A stretch of DNA of 64,000 nt from NCBI GenBank assembly GCA_045591175.1, contig JAZNSI010000062.1, positions 5,983 to 69,982 on the forward strand, written 5' to 3'. Numbering within the stretch: position 1 is the stretch's first letter; each line of letters begins with the position of its first letter. Under the pieces are notes generated by a model that was not told where the DNA came from, did not search any database, and saw only the letters and a list, made by a program, of their open reading frames with translations. This DNA comes from Clostridia bacterium. Lineage in GTDB: Bacteria; Bacillota; Clostridia; Christensenellales; Aristaeellaceae. This document shows positions 18,001 through 26,090 of the stretch, one piece after another. Position numbers and translations under genes: made by a program.

Positions 18001-18789
18001 ATGAGCGAGGTCAAGCAGAAAAGACAGACATGGCTGTGGGATGTGCTGGTGATTATTGGTGGACTTGCTGGCGCAGGTGGCCTGCTCATCTTGATCGGCG
18101 GGATACTGCTGCTGTGTATGAGCATGCCGCTGCTTTATGGTTTTTCCTTGCTGGCTGAAACGGAAGATGAATTGCTCTTTACTTCGACGTCACCAAATAG
18201 TGAATATGTACTGGAAGCCAACCGTGTCAATACCCCCGCTATCGAGCCCTATTACGTGGAAGTGAACCTGCTGGAGGATGAAAAGAAAAGGACTGTCTAC
18301 TATGTCCGCGGACAAGATGAGGCAGAGATCATCTGGCTGTCGGACACGGTGGCGCAGATCAACGGCGTGCCGGTGGACGTGACCGGCGGCGACTGCTTCA
18401 AGGCCAACGCGCGAGGTTATTTTGATGTGAATGTACAGGTGAAGGCGGAGGATGTGCGCTGGCTGGAGGTGACCGTCTACATGGACGGGGAGCCGCGTCT
18501 GACGCGTTCCCGGATGGGCACTGAGCTGGTGGAGAAGGTGGATGCCTGGGGACTCTCAAATCGGCTTAACGTCCTTAAGGAGCTGCACTGGGATGACGAC
18601 CTGACAGAGAAGAAGGCAGGGCTGATGATCACCGTGGAGACGGCCGCCGGGGAAAGGATAACGCTGCCAGGTTTCTGGGAATGGTCTGCAGAGGAATATG
18701 GGGATTACACTTTTACCCTGACCGGCAGCTGGCTGTATGGGTACCGCCTGATTCCGGAGGGGATTGATTGCACGGTTTCCCAGAGATGA
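18001..18789 (+). CDS. Hypothetical membrane-anchored protein
   Basis: GAGGAGG before ATG 18001; N-terminal TM WLWDVLVIIGGLAGAGGLLILIGGILLL; own TTGACA-17-TAATAT promoter. Confidence 0.6.
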   Translation: MSEVKQKRQTWLWDVLVIIGGLAGAGGLLILIGGILLLCMSMPLLYGFSLLAETEDELLFTSTSPNSEYVLEANRVNTPAIEPYYVEVNLLEDEKKRTVYYVRGQDEAEIIWLSDTVAQINGVPVDVTGGDCFKANARGYFDVNVQVKAEDVRWLEVTVYMDGEPRLTRSRMGTELVEKVDAWGLSNRLNVLKELHWDDDLTEKKAGLMITVETAAGERITLPGFWEWSAEEYGDYTFTLTGSWLYGYRLIPEGIDCTVSQR

Positions 18790-18850
18790 CGCTGGAGATG
18801 CGAAGACGGTGGCATCCTGATACAACACTTGTAAATCTTTCGAGAATGCA

Positions 18851-18879
18851 TTGACGCAGCGCCGTCCATCTGTCATAAT
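18851..18879 (+). promoter_or_regulatory. Promoter of 18910-19362
   Basis: TTGACG-17 nt-CATAAT. Confidence 0.5.
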
Positions 18880-18909
18880 GGAAGCGAATAACTGAAAGGA
18901 CGTGAACGC

Positions 18910-19362
18910 ATGAAACGTGTTCTCCTGATTGCCATTGTTGCACTGGTGCTGGTGGCGGCGCTGCTGCTGGCCATGCCGCAGACGAAGAAGGAAGCTCCCG
19001 CTGATCCCACGCCCGACTGCGTGAGCCGCTTTATGAAGGGCTGGGCCATCAATTTTGTGGATGACATGCTCACCCCCTGCGCGCCCTCCTGGAAGGCTCA
19101 GCAGAGCAACCCTGAGCTGCAGATGTTCCAGCTGATGGCAAACCGTACGGCTGCTGCGTGGAACATCGGTCAGCCCGCCAAGGACGGCGAAGCCCTGATC
19201 TACCCGGTGGATGTGCTGCTGCGGCGCAACAACGTCACGCAGGACGGCTGGCAGCGCTTTACCCTGCGGGTGGTGACGGAAAACGGTGAGCAGTACGTCA
19301 TCCCCGACGGCATTGCAGCCTGCGAGCCCGTGAAGGCCCCCAAGACCTATGTGACGCCGTAA
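18910..19362 (+). CDS. Hypothetical exported/anchored protein (150 aa)
   Basis: MKRVLLIAIVALVLVAALLLA N-terminal helix; own promoter 18851-18879; AAAGGA RBS. Confidence 0.6.
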   Translation: MKRVLLIAIVALVLVAALLLAMPQTKKEAPADPTPDCVSRFMKGWAINFVDDMLTPCAPSWKAQQSNPELQMFQLMANRTAAAWNIGQPAKDGEALIYPVDVLLRRNNVTQDGWQRFTLRVVTENGEQYVIPDGIAACEPVKAPKTYVTP

Positions 19363-19393
19363 TGAAAGCGACGGAAAGCTCGGCAGTGATACG

Positions 19394-19786
19394 ATGAAGA
19401 AGTGGCTATGGCTGATTCCGGCAGCAATGCTGATGCTGGCGGGATATTTCGTGATCGAAACGCCCTTTGAGGACAAGGTATATGGCAATCCCATCGGCGA
19501 AGGGATTACGGCGCTGGAGTTCAGCCTCGCAGACGGCAGCACGAGCATCCGCCTGAATGATGCGGATACCATCGACGCACTGCGCAAGGCCCACCGGTGG
19601 ACGAATTACCACATGTACTGCTGCTTGGCCCCGGATGAAGTGTATGCCTATGTGCACGAAGTCACCAACGGCAGACGGAACCCTGCGGAGCCCATGAAGA
19701 TCTACAGCTGCTGGGATGTACCCAGCTTCAACCTGGAATTCCGGCTGCTGCTGCGGAAGGTTTGCGACGAGTTGCTGGACGATTGA
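19394..19786 (+). CDS. Hypothetical exported/anchored protein (130 aa)
   Basis: MKKWLWLIPAAMLMLAGYFV N-terminal helix; followed by intrinsic terminator. Confidence 0.5.
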   Translation: MKKWLWLIPAAMLMLAGYFVIETPFEDKVYGNPIGEGITALEFSLADGSTSIRLNDADTIDALRKAHRWTNYHMYCCLAPDEVYAYVHEVTNGRRNPAEPMKIYSCWDVPSFNLEFRLLLRKVCDELLDD

Positions 19787-19799
19787 CCATCGAGAGTAG

Positions 19800-19833
19800 C
19801 ACGGATGCTGATAAGATAGCGTCCGTGTTTTTC
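19800..19833 (+). terminator. Terminator after 19394-19786
   Basis: 9-bp stem CACGGATGC/GCGTCCGTG then TTTTT. Confidence 0.7.
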
Positions 19834-19844
19834 TGTTTTCCCCC

Positions 19845-19873
19845 TTCCATTTCCGCGCGATCTATGATATACT
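19845..19873 (+). promoter_or_regulatory. Promoter of ABC-F gene
   Basis: TTCCAT-17 nt-TATACT with TGa extended -10. Confidence 0.4.
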
Positions 19874-19927
19874 GATATTGTATGTGCCTATGCAAATTCG
19901 ACCCATTGACATAAAGGAGAACAGCCC

Positions 19928-21526
19928 ATGGTTACAGTCAGCAATGTTTCCCTGACCTTCGGCGGTCAGAAGCTTTTCGCGGGTGCGGACCTGAAGTTCA
20001 TGCCCGGCAACTGCTACGGCGTCATCGGCGCCAACGGTGCGGGCAAGTCTACCTTCCTGCGCATCCTCTCCGGCGAGCTGGAGCCCACCACCGGCTCCGT
20101 CACCTACCCTGCCGATCAGCGTATGTCCACCCTGAAGCAGGATCAGTTCAAGTACGACGCCTACACCGTGCTGGACACCGTCATCATGGGCAACCAGCGC
20201 CTGTATGACATCATGCAGGAGAAGGACGCCCTGTACGCCAAGCCTGATTTCTCCGATGCCGACGGCGAGCGCGCTGCCGAGCTGGAGGGCGAATTCGCCG
20301 AGATGGACGGCTGGAACGCCGAGTCCGACGCGGCCACCCTGCTGACCGGCCTGGGCATCCCCGCTGAGATGCATTACAGCATCATGGGCGACCTGAAGGG
20401 CGGCGAAAAGGTGAAGGTGCTGCTGGCGCAGGCCCTGTTCGGCAACCCCGACATCCTGCTGCTGGACGAGCCCACCAACAACCTGGACAACAAGTCCGTC
20501 GCCTGGCTGGAGGACTTCCTGATGGAGTTCCCCGGCACGCTGATCGTCGTCTCCCATGACCGCTGGTTCCTGAACAACATCTGCACCCACATCGTCGATA
20601 TCGACTTCAACCAAGTCAAGCTGTACGTGGGCAACTACGACTTCTGGTATGAGTCCTCCAAGATGATGCAGGCCCTGATGAAGGACCAGAAGAAGCGCCG
20701 CGACGACAAGATCAAGGAGCTGCGCGACTTCATCCAGCGCTTCAGCGCGAACAAGTCCAAGGCCAAGCAGGCGACCTCCCGCCGCAAGCTGCTGGATCAG
20801 CTGACCATCGAGCAGATGCCCGCGTCCTCCCGCCGCTACCCCTGGGTGCACTTCAATCCCGACCGCGAGGCCGGCAAGGACATCCTGAACGTGCAGAACA
20901 TCAGCTACACCCAGGACGGCGTGCAGCTGCTGAAGGATGTTTCCTTCCTGGTCACCAAGGGGCAGAAGATCGCCATCGTCGGCTCCAACGAGCAGGCGCA
21001 GACCGCCCTGTTCAAGATCCTCAACGAGGAGATCCAGCCCGACGCCGGCACCATCAAGTACGGCGTGACGATTTCGACCTCCTACTTCCCCAAGGATAAC
21101 AGCGCCTTCTTCGACGGCTGCCCGCTGAACATGATCGACTGGTTCGCCCAGTACTGCCCGGACATGCTGGAATCCGAGAAGCGCGACCTGCTGGGCCGCA
21201 TGCTCTTCCGCGGCGACGACGTGTACAAGATGGTCAATGTCCTGTCCGGCGGCGAAAAGGTGCGCTGCATGCTCTCCCGCATGATGCTTTCCGGCGCAAA
21301 CTTCCTCATGCTGGATCAGCCCACCAACCACCTGGACCTGGAGTCCATCACCGCGGTCAACAACGCGCTGATCAACTTCCCCGGCAACGTGATCTTCACC
21401 AGCCAGGACCATCAGTTCGTGACCACCATCGCCGACCGCATCATCGAGATCAAGGATGACGGCACCATCGCCGACTACCTGTGCAGCTATGAGGATTACC
21501 TCGAGCGCACCAAGAATGAGCGGTAA
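19928..21526 (+). CDS. ABC-F family ATPase, YbiT-like, with degenerate second nucleotide-binding domain
   Basis: Collinear with E. coli YbiT as I recall it (GANGAGKSTF, LLLDEPTNNLD, VSHDR, GNYDFWYES, RFSANKSKAKQATSR); NBD2 has GSNEQAQT, LMLDQ, TSQDH. Confidence 0.9.
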   Translation: MVTVSNVSLTFGGQKLFAGADLKFMPGNCYGVIGANGAGKSTFLRILSGELEPTTGSVTYPADQRMSTLKQDQFKYDAYTVLDTVIMGNQRLYDIMQEKDALYAKPDFSDADGERAAELEGEFAEMDGWNAESDAATLLTGLGIPAEMHYSIMGDLKGGEKVKVLLAQALFGNPDILLLDEPTNNLDNKSVAWLEDFLMEFPGTLIVVSHDRWFLNNICTHIVDIDFNQVKLYVGNYDFWYESSKMMQALMKDQKKRRDDKIKELRDFIQRFSANKSKAKQATSRRKLLDQLTIEQMPASSRRYPWVHFNPDREAGKDILNVQNISYTQDGVQLLKDVSFLVTKGQKIAIVGSNEQAQTALFKILNEEIQPDAGTIKYGVTISTSYFPKDNSAFFDGCPLNMIDWFAQYCPDMLESEKRDLLGRMLFRGDDVYKMVNVLSGGEKVRCMLSRMMLSGANFLMLDQPTNHLDLESITAVNNALINFPGNVIFTSQDHQFVTTIADRIIEIKDDGTIADYLCSYEDYLERTKNER

Positions 21527-21539
21527 TTGCGCAATAAGC

Positions 21540-21570
21540 AAGGGCTCTCCCATTCGGGAGAGCCCTTTTG
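21540..21570. terminator. Bidirectional terminator between ABC-F (+) and small membrane gene (-)
   Basis: GGGCTCTCCC attc GGGAGAGCCC then TTTT. Confidence 0.8.
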
Positions 21571-21576
21571 CGTGCC

Positions 21577-21936
21577 TCAGCGGCGGAATTTAAACATCAG
21601 CAGCCCGGTTTCCACGCCCACGATGCCGCCCAGCAGCACCTCCGCCGCATGCAGCATCAAAAACACCTGCATGCTGGCTTCGTTGGCCAGATCGACCGCA
21701 CCGTCGGTCCATTCGTTCACAACACCGGCAAGGGTGAAGTTGTTGCCCGTCCACTGGGCGATCTTCTCGTCCAGGCCGGTCACTGCGCCGTCGGCGTATT
21801 CCAGCACAGTCTGGGCCGCGCCCAGCAGTTCCGCCGGGACATCGCTGGTGGCCCGCAGGGACAAGCCCCACACGCCGCCGGCAATGGCCACCAGGCCCAC
21901 CAGGATCAGCAAAATGGCGATCAGCGTACGAAGCAT
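21577..21936 (-). CDS. Small membrane protein (119 aa)
   Basis: N- and C-terminal hydrophobic helices (LIAILLILVGLVAIAGGVWGL; LLGGIVGVETGLLMF); coding-like codon usage. Confidence 0.5.
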   Translation of the reverse strand: MLRTLIAILLILVGLVAIAGGVWGLSLRATSDVPAELLGAAQTVLEYADGAVTGLDEKIAQWTGNNFTLAGVVNEWTDGAVDLANEASMQVFLMLHAAEVLLGGIVGVETGLLMFKFRR

Positions 21937-21946
21937 GGCAGCCTCC

Positions 21947-23326
21947 TTACTTGCCCGCCAGGCGCACCAGCGCGTTGGCGTAGATCTTGGTGGCGGTGAG
22001 CATGTCCGTCAGGGTGACGTACTCGCCCGCCTGATGCGCCAGATCCTCATCATAGGGGAAGGACGCGCCGAAAGCCACACCCTGCTTGAGGCACTTGGCA
22101 TAGGTGCCGCCGCCGGTAGACTGGGGCTCGGCAGGCAGACCGGTCTCCTCGTGATAGGCCGCCAGCAGGTTGGACACCAGCTCGCTCTCCGCGGGAACGT
22201 GGTGGGGAGCCTTCTTGGACTCGTCCACTACGGTGAAACCGGGCAGCGCCGCGCGGGCATTGGCAGACAGCTTGTCCAGGTCAGCCGTGATCGGCACGCG
22301 CATATCCAGCGTGCAGAAGATGGTGCCATTCTCCAGATGGAGGATGCCCATGTTGCAGGTCAGAGGGCCGGAGACGTCATCCTTGCAGGCACAGCCCAGG
22401 GATTCGCCGTGGCTCTCCATGCCGACCGCGTCCGCCAGGGTCGCGAAGGGGCCCTTCACGCCCAGCTCCTTGAGGAGCAGCAGCATCATGCCGATGGCGT
22501 TGCGGCGGCCTTCGGGGTAGGCGCTGTGGCCGGGGATGCCCTCGGCAGTGACCCACACGCCATCACTGGTGACCTCGGCGGTATAGGGCAGGCCGGTCTT
22601 TTCGGCGTAGGCAGCGACCTGTGCGGCCAGTTCAGCGCCGCCTTCAAGCAGTGCCTTGCTTTCGCCGGGGATGACGTTGGTACGCTCACCGGTGAACATC
22701 TGCTTCACCTGCAGGCCTTCAGCGGACACAGGGGCCGTCAGGGCCATATGCAGCATGGCCTTCTCGGTGTTGATCAGCGGGAAGGAAGCGTCGGGAGAGA
22801 AGCCCACCTCCGGCAGGCCCACATGCTCGGCGTAGTAGGCCATGTCCTCCCAGCCGGACTCCTCGTCGCAGCCCAGGATCAGGCGGATGCTCTTCTTCAG
22901 CGGCACGCCGGCTTCCTTGATGGCCTTCATCGCGTACAGCGCGCACAGGGACGGGCCCTTGTCATCGCTGGTGCCGCGGCCGTAGATCTTGTCGCCCTCG
23001 CGCACGGCGGCGAAGGGATCCATGGGCCAGCCGTCGCCCGCAGGCACCACGTCCAGGTGGCCCAGCACAGCGATGGCCTCATCGGATTCACCCTGCAGGG
23101 TCGCGTCCAGCGCGTAGCCCTCAAAGCCGCGGGTGACGAAGCCCTCAGCCTCGCAGTCGGCCAGGGCCACATCGTACATCCTGCGGACTTCCGCGCCAAA
23201 GGGCGCGCCGGGCGCCACGGTAGCGCCGGTCTCGTCCTTGACGGAGGGCACCTGGATCCAGCGGGTCAGTCGGGCAGCAAAGTCCTCGGCATAGGAATCG
23301 ATCAGGTCGTAGAGCTTCTTGTCCAT
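21947..23326 (-). CDS. M20 family dipeptidase (PepV/Sapep-like)
   Basis: 459 aa; GHLDVVPAGDGW, GRGTSDDKGP, CDEESGW motifs; GAGGAG RBS. Confidence 0.85.
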   Translation of the reverse strand: MDKKLYDLIDSYAEDFAARLTRWIQVPSVKDETGATVAPGAPFGAEVRRMYDVALADCEAEGFVTRGFEGYALDATLQGESDEAIAVLGHLDVVPAGDGWPMDPFAAVREGDKIYGRGTSDDKGPSLCALYAMKAIKEAGVPLKKSIRLILGCDEESGWEDMAYYAEHVGLPEVGFSPDASFPLINTEKAMLHMALTAPVSAEGLQVKQMFTGERTNVIPGESKALLEGGAELAAQVAAYAEKTGLPYTAEVTSDGVWVTAEGIPGHSAYPEGRRNAIGMMLLLLKELGVKGPFATLADAVGMESHGESLGCACKDDVSGPLTCNMGILHLENGTIFCTLDMRVPITADLDKLSANARAALPGFTVVDESKKAPHHVPAESELVSNLLAAYHEETGLPAEPQSTGGGTYAKCLKQGVAFGASFPYDEDLAHQAGEYVTLTDMLTATKIYANALVRLAGK

Positions 23327-23338
23327 AAATATTTCTCC

Positions 23339-23389
23339 TCAGAAGGCATTTCGATAATCGGTTGACTTTTTCTTTTTCGCGTCCGGATC
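23339..23389 (-). repeat. Second copy of the 3' coding tail of gene 23410-23703
   Basis: Encodes DPDAKKKKSTDYRNAF-stop like 23410-23460; 10/51 nt differ (9 third positions, plus TAA/TGA). Confidence 0.85.
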
Positions 23390-23391
23390 AA

Positions 23392-23404
23392 GGGTCTTCG
23401 ACCC
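23392..23404. repeat. 13-nt hairpin GGGTCTTCGACCC
   Basis: Same 13-mer (either strand) at 16786-16798, 40323-40335, 58778-58790. Confidence 0.7.
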
Positions 23405-23409
23405 ATTTC

Positions 23410-23703
23410 TTAAAACGCATTGCGATAATCCGTCGACTTTTTCTTCTTTGCATCCGGGTCAATAAACTCGATCTCCAGCCGCTGAAAATCGACGGACTCC
23501 AGGAAATCGTCGGGCAGGAAGCGGGTCTGGCCGAACTCCTCCCACTCGCGGTCGTGCTTATCCAGCCAGATGGGCCGGCCGATGTCCAGCTTGCGGCAGG
23601 CTTCCTCAAGGGCCGCTTGCGGATTGTCGCGGGTGCAGGGTTCCACATGCTGCTTGTCCATCCGCTGATGCTTGATGGTGCGCAGCCACAGGGCGGTTGC
23701 CAT
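23410..23703 (-). CDS. Hypothetical small protein (97 aa)
   Basis: GGAGG 7 nt before ATG 23703 (MATALWLRT..); own TTGCAA-17-CATAAT promoter; C-terminal tail DPDAKKKKSTDYRNAF is duplicated downstream. Confidence 0.55.
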   Translation of the reverse strand: MATALWLRTIKHQRMDKQHVEPCTRDNPQAALEEACRKLDIGRPIWLDKHDREWEEFGQTRFLPDDFLESVDFQRLEIEFIDPDAKKKKSTDYRNAF

Positions 23704-23733
23704 AGTGGTTCCTCCTTGCGGGTTGATGTGAAT

Positions 23734-23762
23734 ATTATGCCACAAATCGCTGCAGTTTGCAA
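23734..23762 (-). promoter_or_regulatory. Promoter of small gene 23410-23703 (and probably the M20 dipeptidase)
   Basis: Minus strand TTGCAA-17 nt-CATAAT. Confidence 0.5.
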
Positions 23763-23781
23763 CGGCAGATGGCAGCTCGCC

Positions 23782-24477
23782 TTATTCCGCCTTTTCCATC
23801 ACCTTGATGCTGGTGATCTTCGGCGCGTAGCCGGGGGCGACGGTGCCGTTGTAGTCGATCACGGGCGTGGCGTCACAGATGGCGTCCACCACCTCGATGC
23901 CGCTGAGCACCCGGCCAAAGGCAGCGTACTGGCCGTCCAGATGGGGCGCGTCCTCATGCATGATGAAGAACTGGCTGCTGGCACTGTCGGGGTGGCTGGA
24001 GCGGGCCATGGAGATCACGCCGCGCACGTGCTTGATGGGGTTGTTCACGCCATTTTGAGAGAACTCGCCCTTGATGCGCTCGCTGGAGCCGCCGGTGCCG
24101 TTGCCCAAGGGATCGCCGCCCTGGATCATGAAGCCGCTGATGATGCGGTGGAAGGTCAGCCCGTCGTAGAAGCCCTCGTTCACCAGCTTGACGAAATTGG
24201 TCACGGTGATGGGCGCAGCCTCGGGGTCCAGCTCCAGGATGATCGTACCGTAGTTTTCGATGTCCATCCGGATCAGCGTTCCGCCCTGCGCGAGGCGCAG
24301 CTGCACCAGCGTTTCGCTCCGCTGACGCTGCAGCTCCGCCAGTTCCGCCTCCTTCTGGGCGATCTGCGCGTCCAGGTCAGCCAGCTGCTGCTGAAGGGCA
24401 GCTTCCTCCGCCGCGGCAAAGGGGCAGAGCACCGCGGCCAGCATCAGGCACAGGAACATTTTCATCATTTTACGCAT
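23782..24477 (-). CDS. Exported cyclophilin-type peptidyl-prolyl isomerase with coiled-coil N-terminal region
   Basis: Signal peptide, QQQLADLDAQIAQKEAELAELQ, then TVTNFVKLVNEGFYDGLTFHRIISGFMIQGGDP. Confidence 0.9.
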   Translation of the reverse strand: MRKMMKMFLCLMLAAVLCPFAAAEEAALQQQLADLDAQIAQKEAELAELQRQRSETLVQLRLAQGGTLIRMDIENYGTIILELDPEAAPITVTNFVKLVNEGFYDGLTFHRIISGFMIQGGDPLGNGTGGSSERIKGEFSQNGVNNPIKHVRGVISMARSSHPDSASSQFFIMHEDAPHLDGQYAAFGRVLSGIEVVDAICDATPVIDYNGTVAPGYAPKITSIKVMEKAE

Positions 24478-24489
24478 GTTGATTCTCCT

Positions 24490-25161
24490 TTACTCAGCCA
24501 TTTCGATCACGCGAATGCTGGTGATCACCGGCTGATTCGCTTTCTGCACGGTACCGTTGTCGTCGGTGACAGGGGTGTTTGCGCAGATGGCGTCCACCAC
24601 TTCCATGCCGGTCAGCACACGACCGAAAGCGGCATAGGCGCCATCCAGATGGGGCGCAGCCTGATGCATGATGAAGAACTGGCTGCTGGCGCTGTTGGGC
24701 ATGCCGGAACGGGCCATGGACAGCACGCCGCGCTCATGCTTGATGGGGTTATCCCAACCATTCTGGGCAAATTCGCCCTTGATGTTCTCCGCAGAGCCGC
24801 CGGAGCCGTTGCCATTAGGATCGCCGCCCTGGATCATAAAGCCACTGATGATGCGGTGGAAGGTCAGCCCGTCGTAGAAGCCTTCGTTCACCAGCTTGAC
24901 GAAATTGGTCACGGTGATGGGGGCTGCATCCGCATCCAGCTCCGCCGTGATGGTGCCGTAATCCTGCACCTCGATCTCAACATAGTGCTTGCCGGTCAGA
25001 TAATCGCCCTTCGAGCCGCCCAGCACGAAGAACAGCGCCGCGCCCGCCACCAGCAGCACCGCGATGATGCCGATGATCATGTTGCGCTTGTCGGTCTTTG
25101 CCTGCGCAGCCTTCTGGGCCGCCGCTGCCGCCGCGCGGGCGACCTGCTTCTTGTTTGCCAT
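24490..25161 (-). CDS. Membrane-anchored cyclophilin-type peptidyl-prolyl isomerase
   Basis: Ala/Lys-rich N-terminus, one TM (IIGIIAVLLVAGAALFFVL), same cyclophilin core as neighbour. Confidence 0.9.
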   Translation of the reverse strand: MANKKQVARAAAAAAQKAAQAKTDKRNMIIGIIAVLLVAGAALFFVLGGSKGDYLTGKHYVEIEVQDYGTITAELDADAAPITVTNFVKLVNEGFYDGLTFHRIISGFMIQGGDPNGNGSGGSAENIKGEFAQNGWDNPIKHERGVLSMARSGMPNSASSQFFIMHQAAPHLDGAYAAFGRVLTGMEVVDAICANTPVTDDNGTVQKANQPVITSIRVIEMAE

Positions 25162-25218
25162 GGTTGTTTCCTCCTTGTTATGTCAGGCTTTCGCCGTGGG
25201 AACCTTGCTGCGCCGGGA

Positions 25219-25986
25219 TCAGTTGCTTCCGCCCAGCGTAATGTGCTCGCCCTCGCGGCAGATACATTCCATCACGCCGTTGTGGAGCAGGTAGCTTTCG
25301 CCGTAAAGGGTGCTTGTACCCTCCGCCTCGAGGATGTAGCTGCCGTCCATGAGCACGTACAGCGGATGCCCGACGCTGTCGGGGTAGGTCACGTCCTCAA
25401 AGAGGCGCAGGCCGTCGAGGATGTTGTCGCGCACCTGATTGTAGTGAGGCAGGATGTTCTTGTCAGTCAGGCCCAGCCCCTGCGTCCAGCGGACGAAGTT
25501 GGGATCGACCGCCTCGCCTGCCTCCTCCGGCTGGACGTAGACGGTGTCCGCGGCGTTCATGCTGCCAGCGGATACGCCCATGATGACGCCCTTGTAGCCG
25601 ACCAGCAGCTCCCGCAGGCCGATCTGCTTGAAGAAGGCGTTCTCCGTGGGAACATGCCCACCGGAGAGAAGGATCACGTCGCTCTGTGCGACCAGCTCTG
25701 CCGCGCGCTCCTGATTGCGGCTGTCCAGCACGTCCACATCGGCAAAGCCCATGCCGTGCCACCGGAAGCATCCGGCAAAGGAGCAGGCGATATCATCGTT
25801 GCGGGCATGCTCGTCAGGCCAGGCTGCGATCACCAGGAAGCGTCCGCCGGGCGCGACATATTTGCGCAGATTGACAACGAACTCATTGCGTTCAAAGTAG
25901 ATGCAGGGCAGATCGCAGCCCTTGGGGACATTGTCCTCGCAGGGGCTGGAGGTCAGGAACAGCACCATATCATCACGGCCTTTCAT
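25219..25986 (-). CDS. Peptidase S51 (dipeptidase E-like) family protein
   Basis: ILLSGGH and GVSAGSMN nucleophile-elbow motifs; start uncertain (ATG 25986 or 25968; neither has a strong RBS). Confidence 0.65.
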   Translation of the reverse strand: MKGRDDMVLFLTSSPCEDNVPKGCDLPCIYFERNEFVVNLRKYVAPGGRFLVIAAWPDEHARNDDIACSFAGCFRWHGMGFADVDVLDSRNQERAAELVAQSDVILLSGGHVPTENAFFKQIGLRELLVGYKGVIMGVSAGSMNAADTVYVQPEEAGEAVDPNFVRWTQGLGLTDKNILPHYNQVRDNILDGLRLFEDVTYPDSVGHPLYVLMDGSYILEAEGTSTLYGESYLLHNGVMECICREGEHITLGGSN

Positions 25987-26021
25987 GCTGTATTTGTCTA
26001 TTGTATCCCGATGGCGGGGGA

Positions 26022-26050
26022 TTGTCAAGAAAAGGCCTGCGCGGTATAAT
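26022..26050 (+). promoter_or_regulatory. Promoter of M24B gene 26091
   Basis: TTGTCA-17 nt-TATAAT. Confidence 0.6.
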
Positions 26051-26090
26051 GAGAACAGTGATCACATACGTTGCACCAAGGAGGTCTCCC

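Noticed and set aside
19882-19914. A 10-codon uORF (MCLCKFDPLT) whose stop abuts the RBS of the ABC-F gene. This is reminiscent of the leader peptides that regulate antibiotic-resistance ABC-F genes.
   Set aside because: It has no Shine-Dalgarno and no alternative terminator/antiterminator hairpins. The downstream protein is YbiT-like, not an ARE-type resistance factor. It would need to be leaderless, so it is too speculative.
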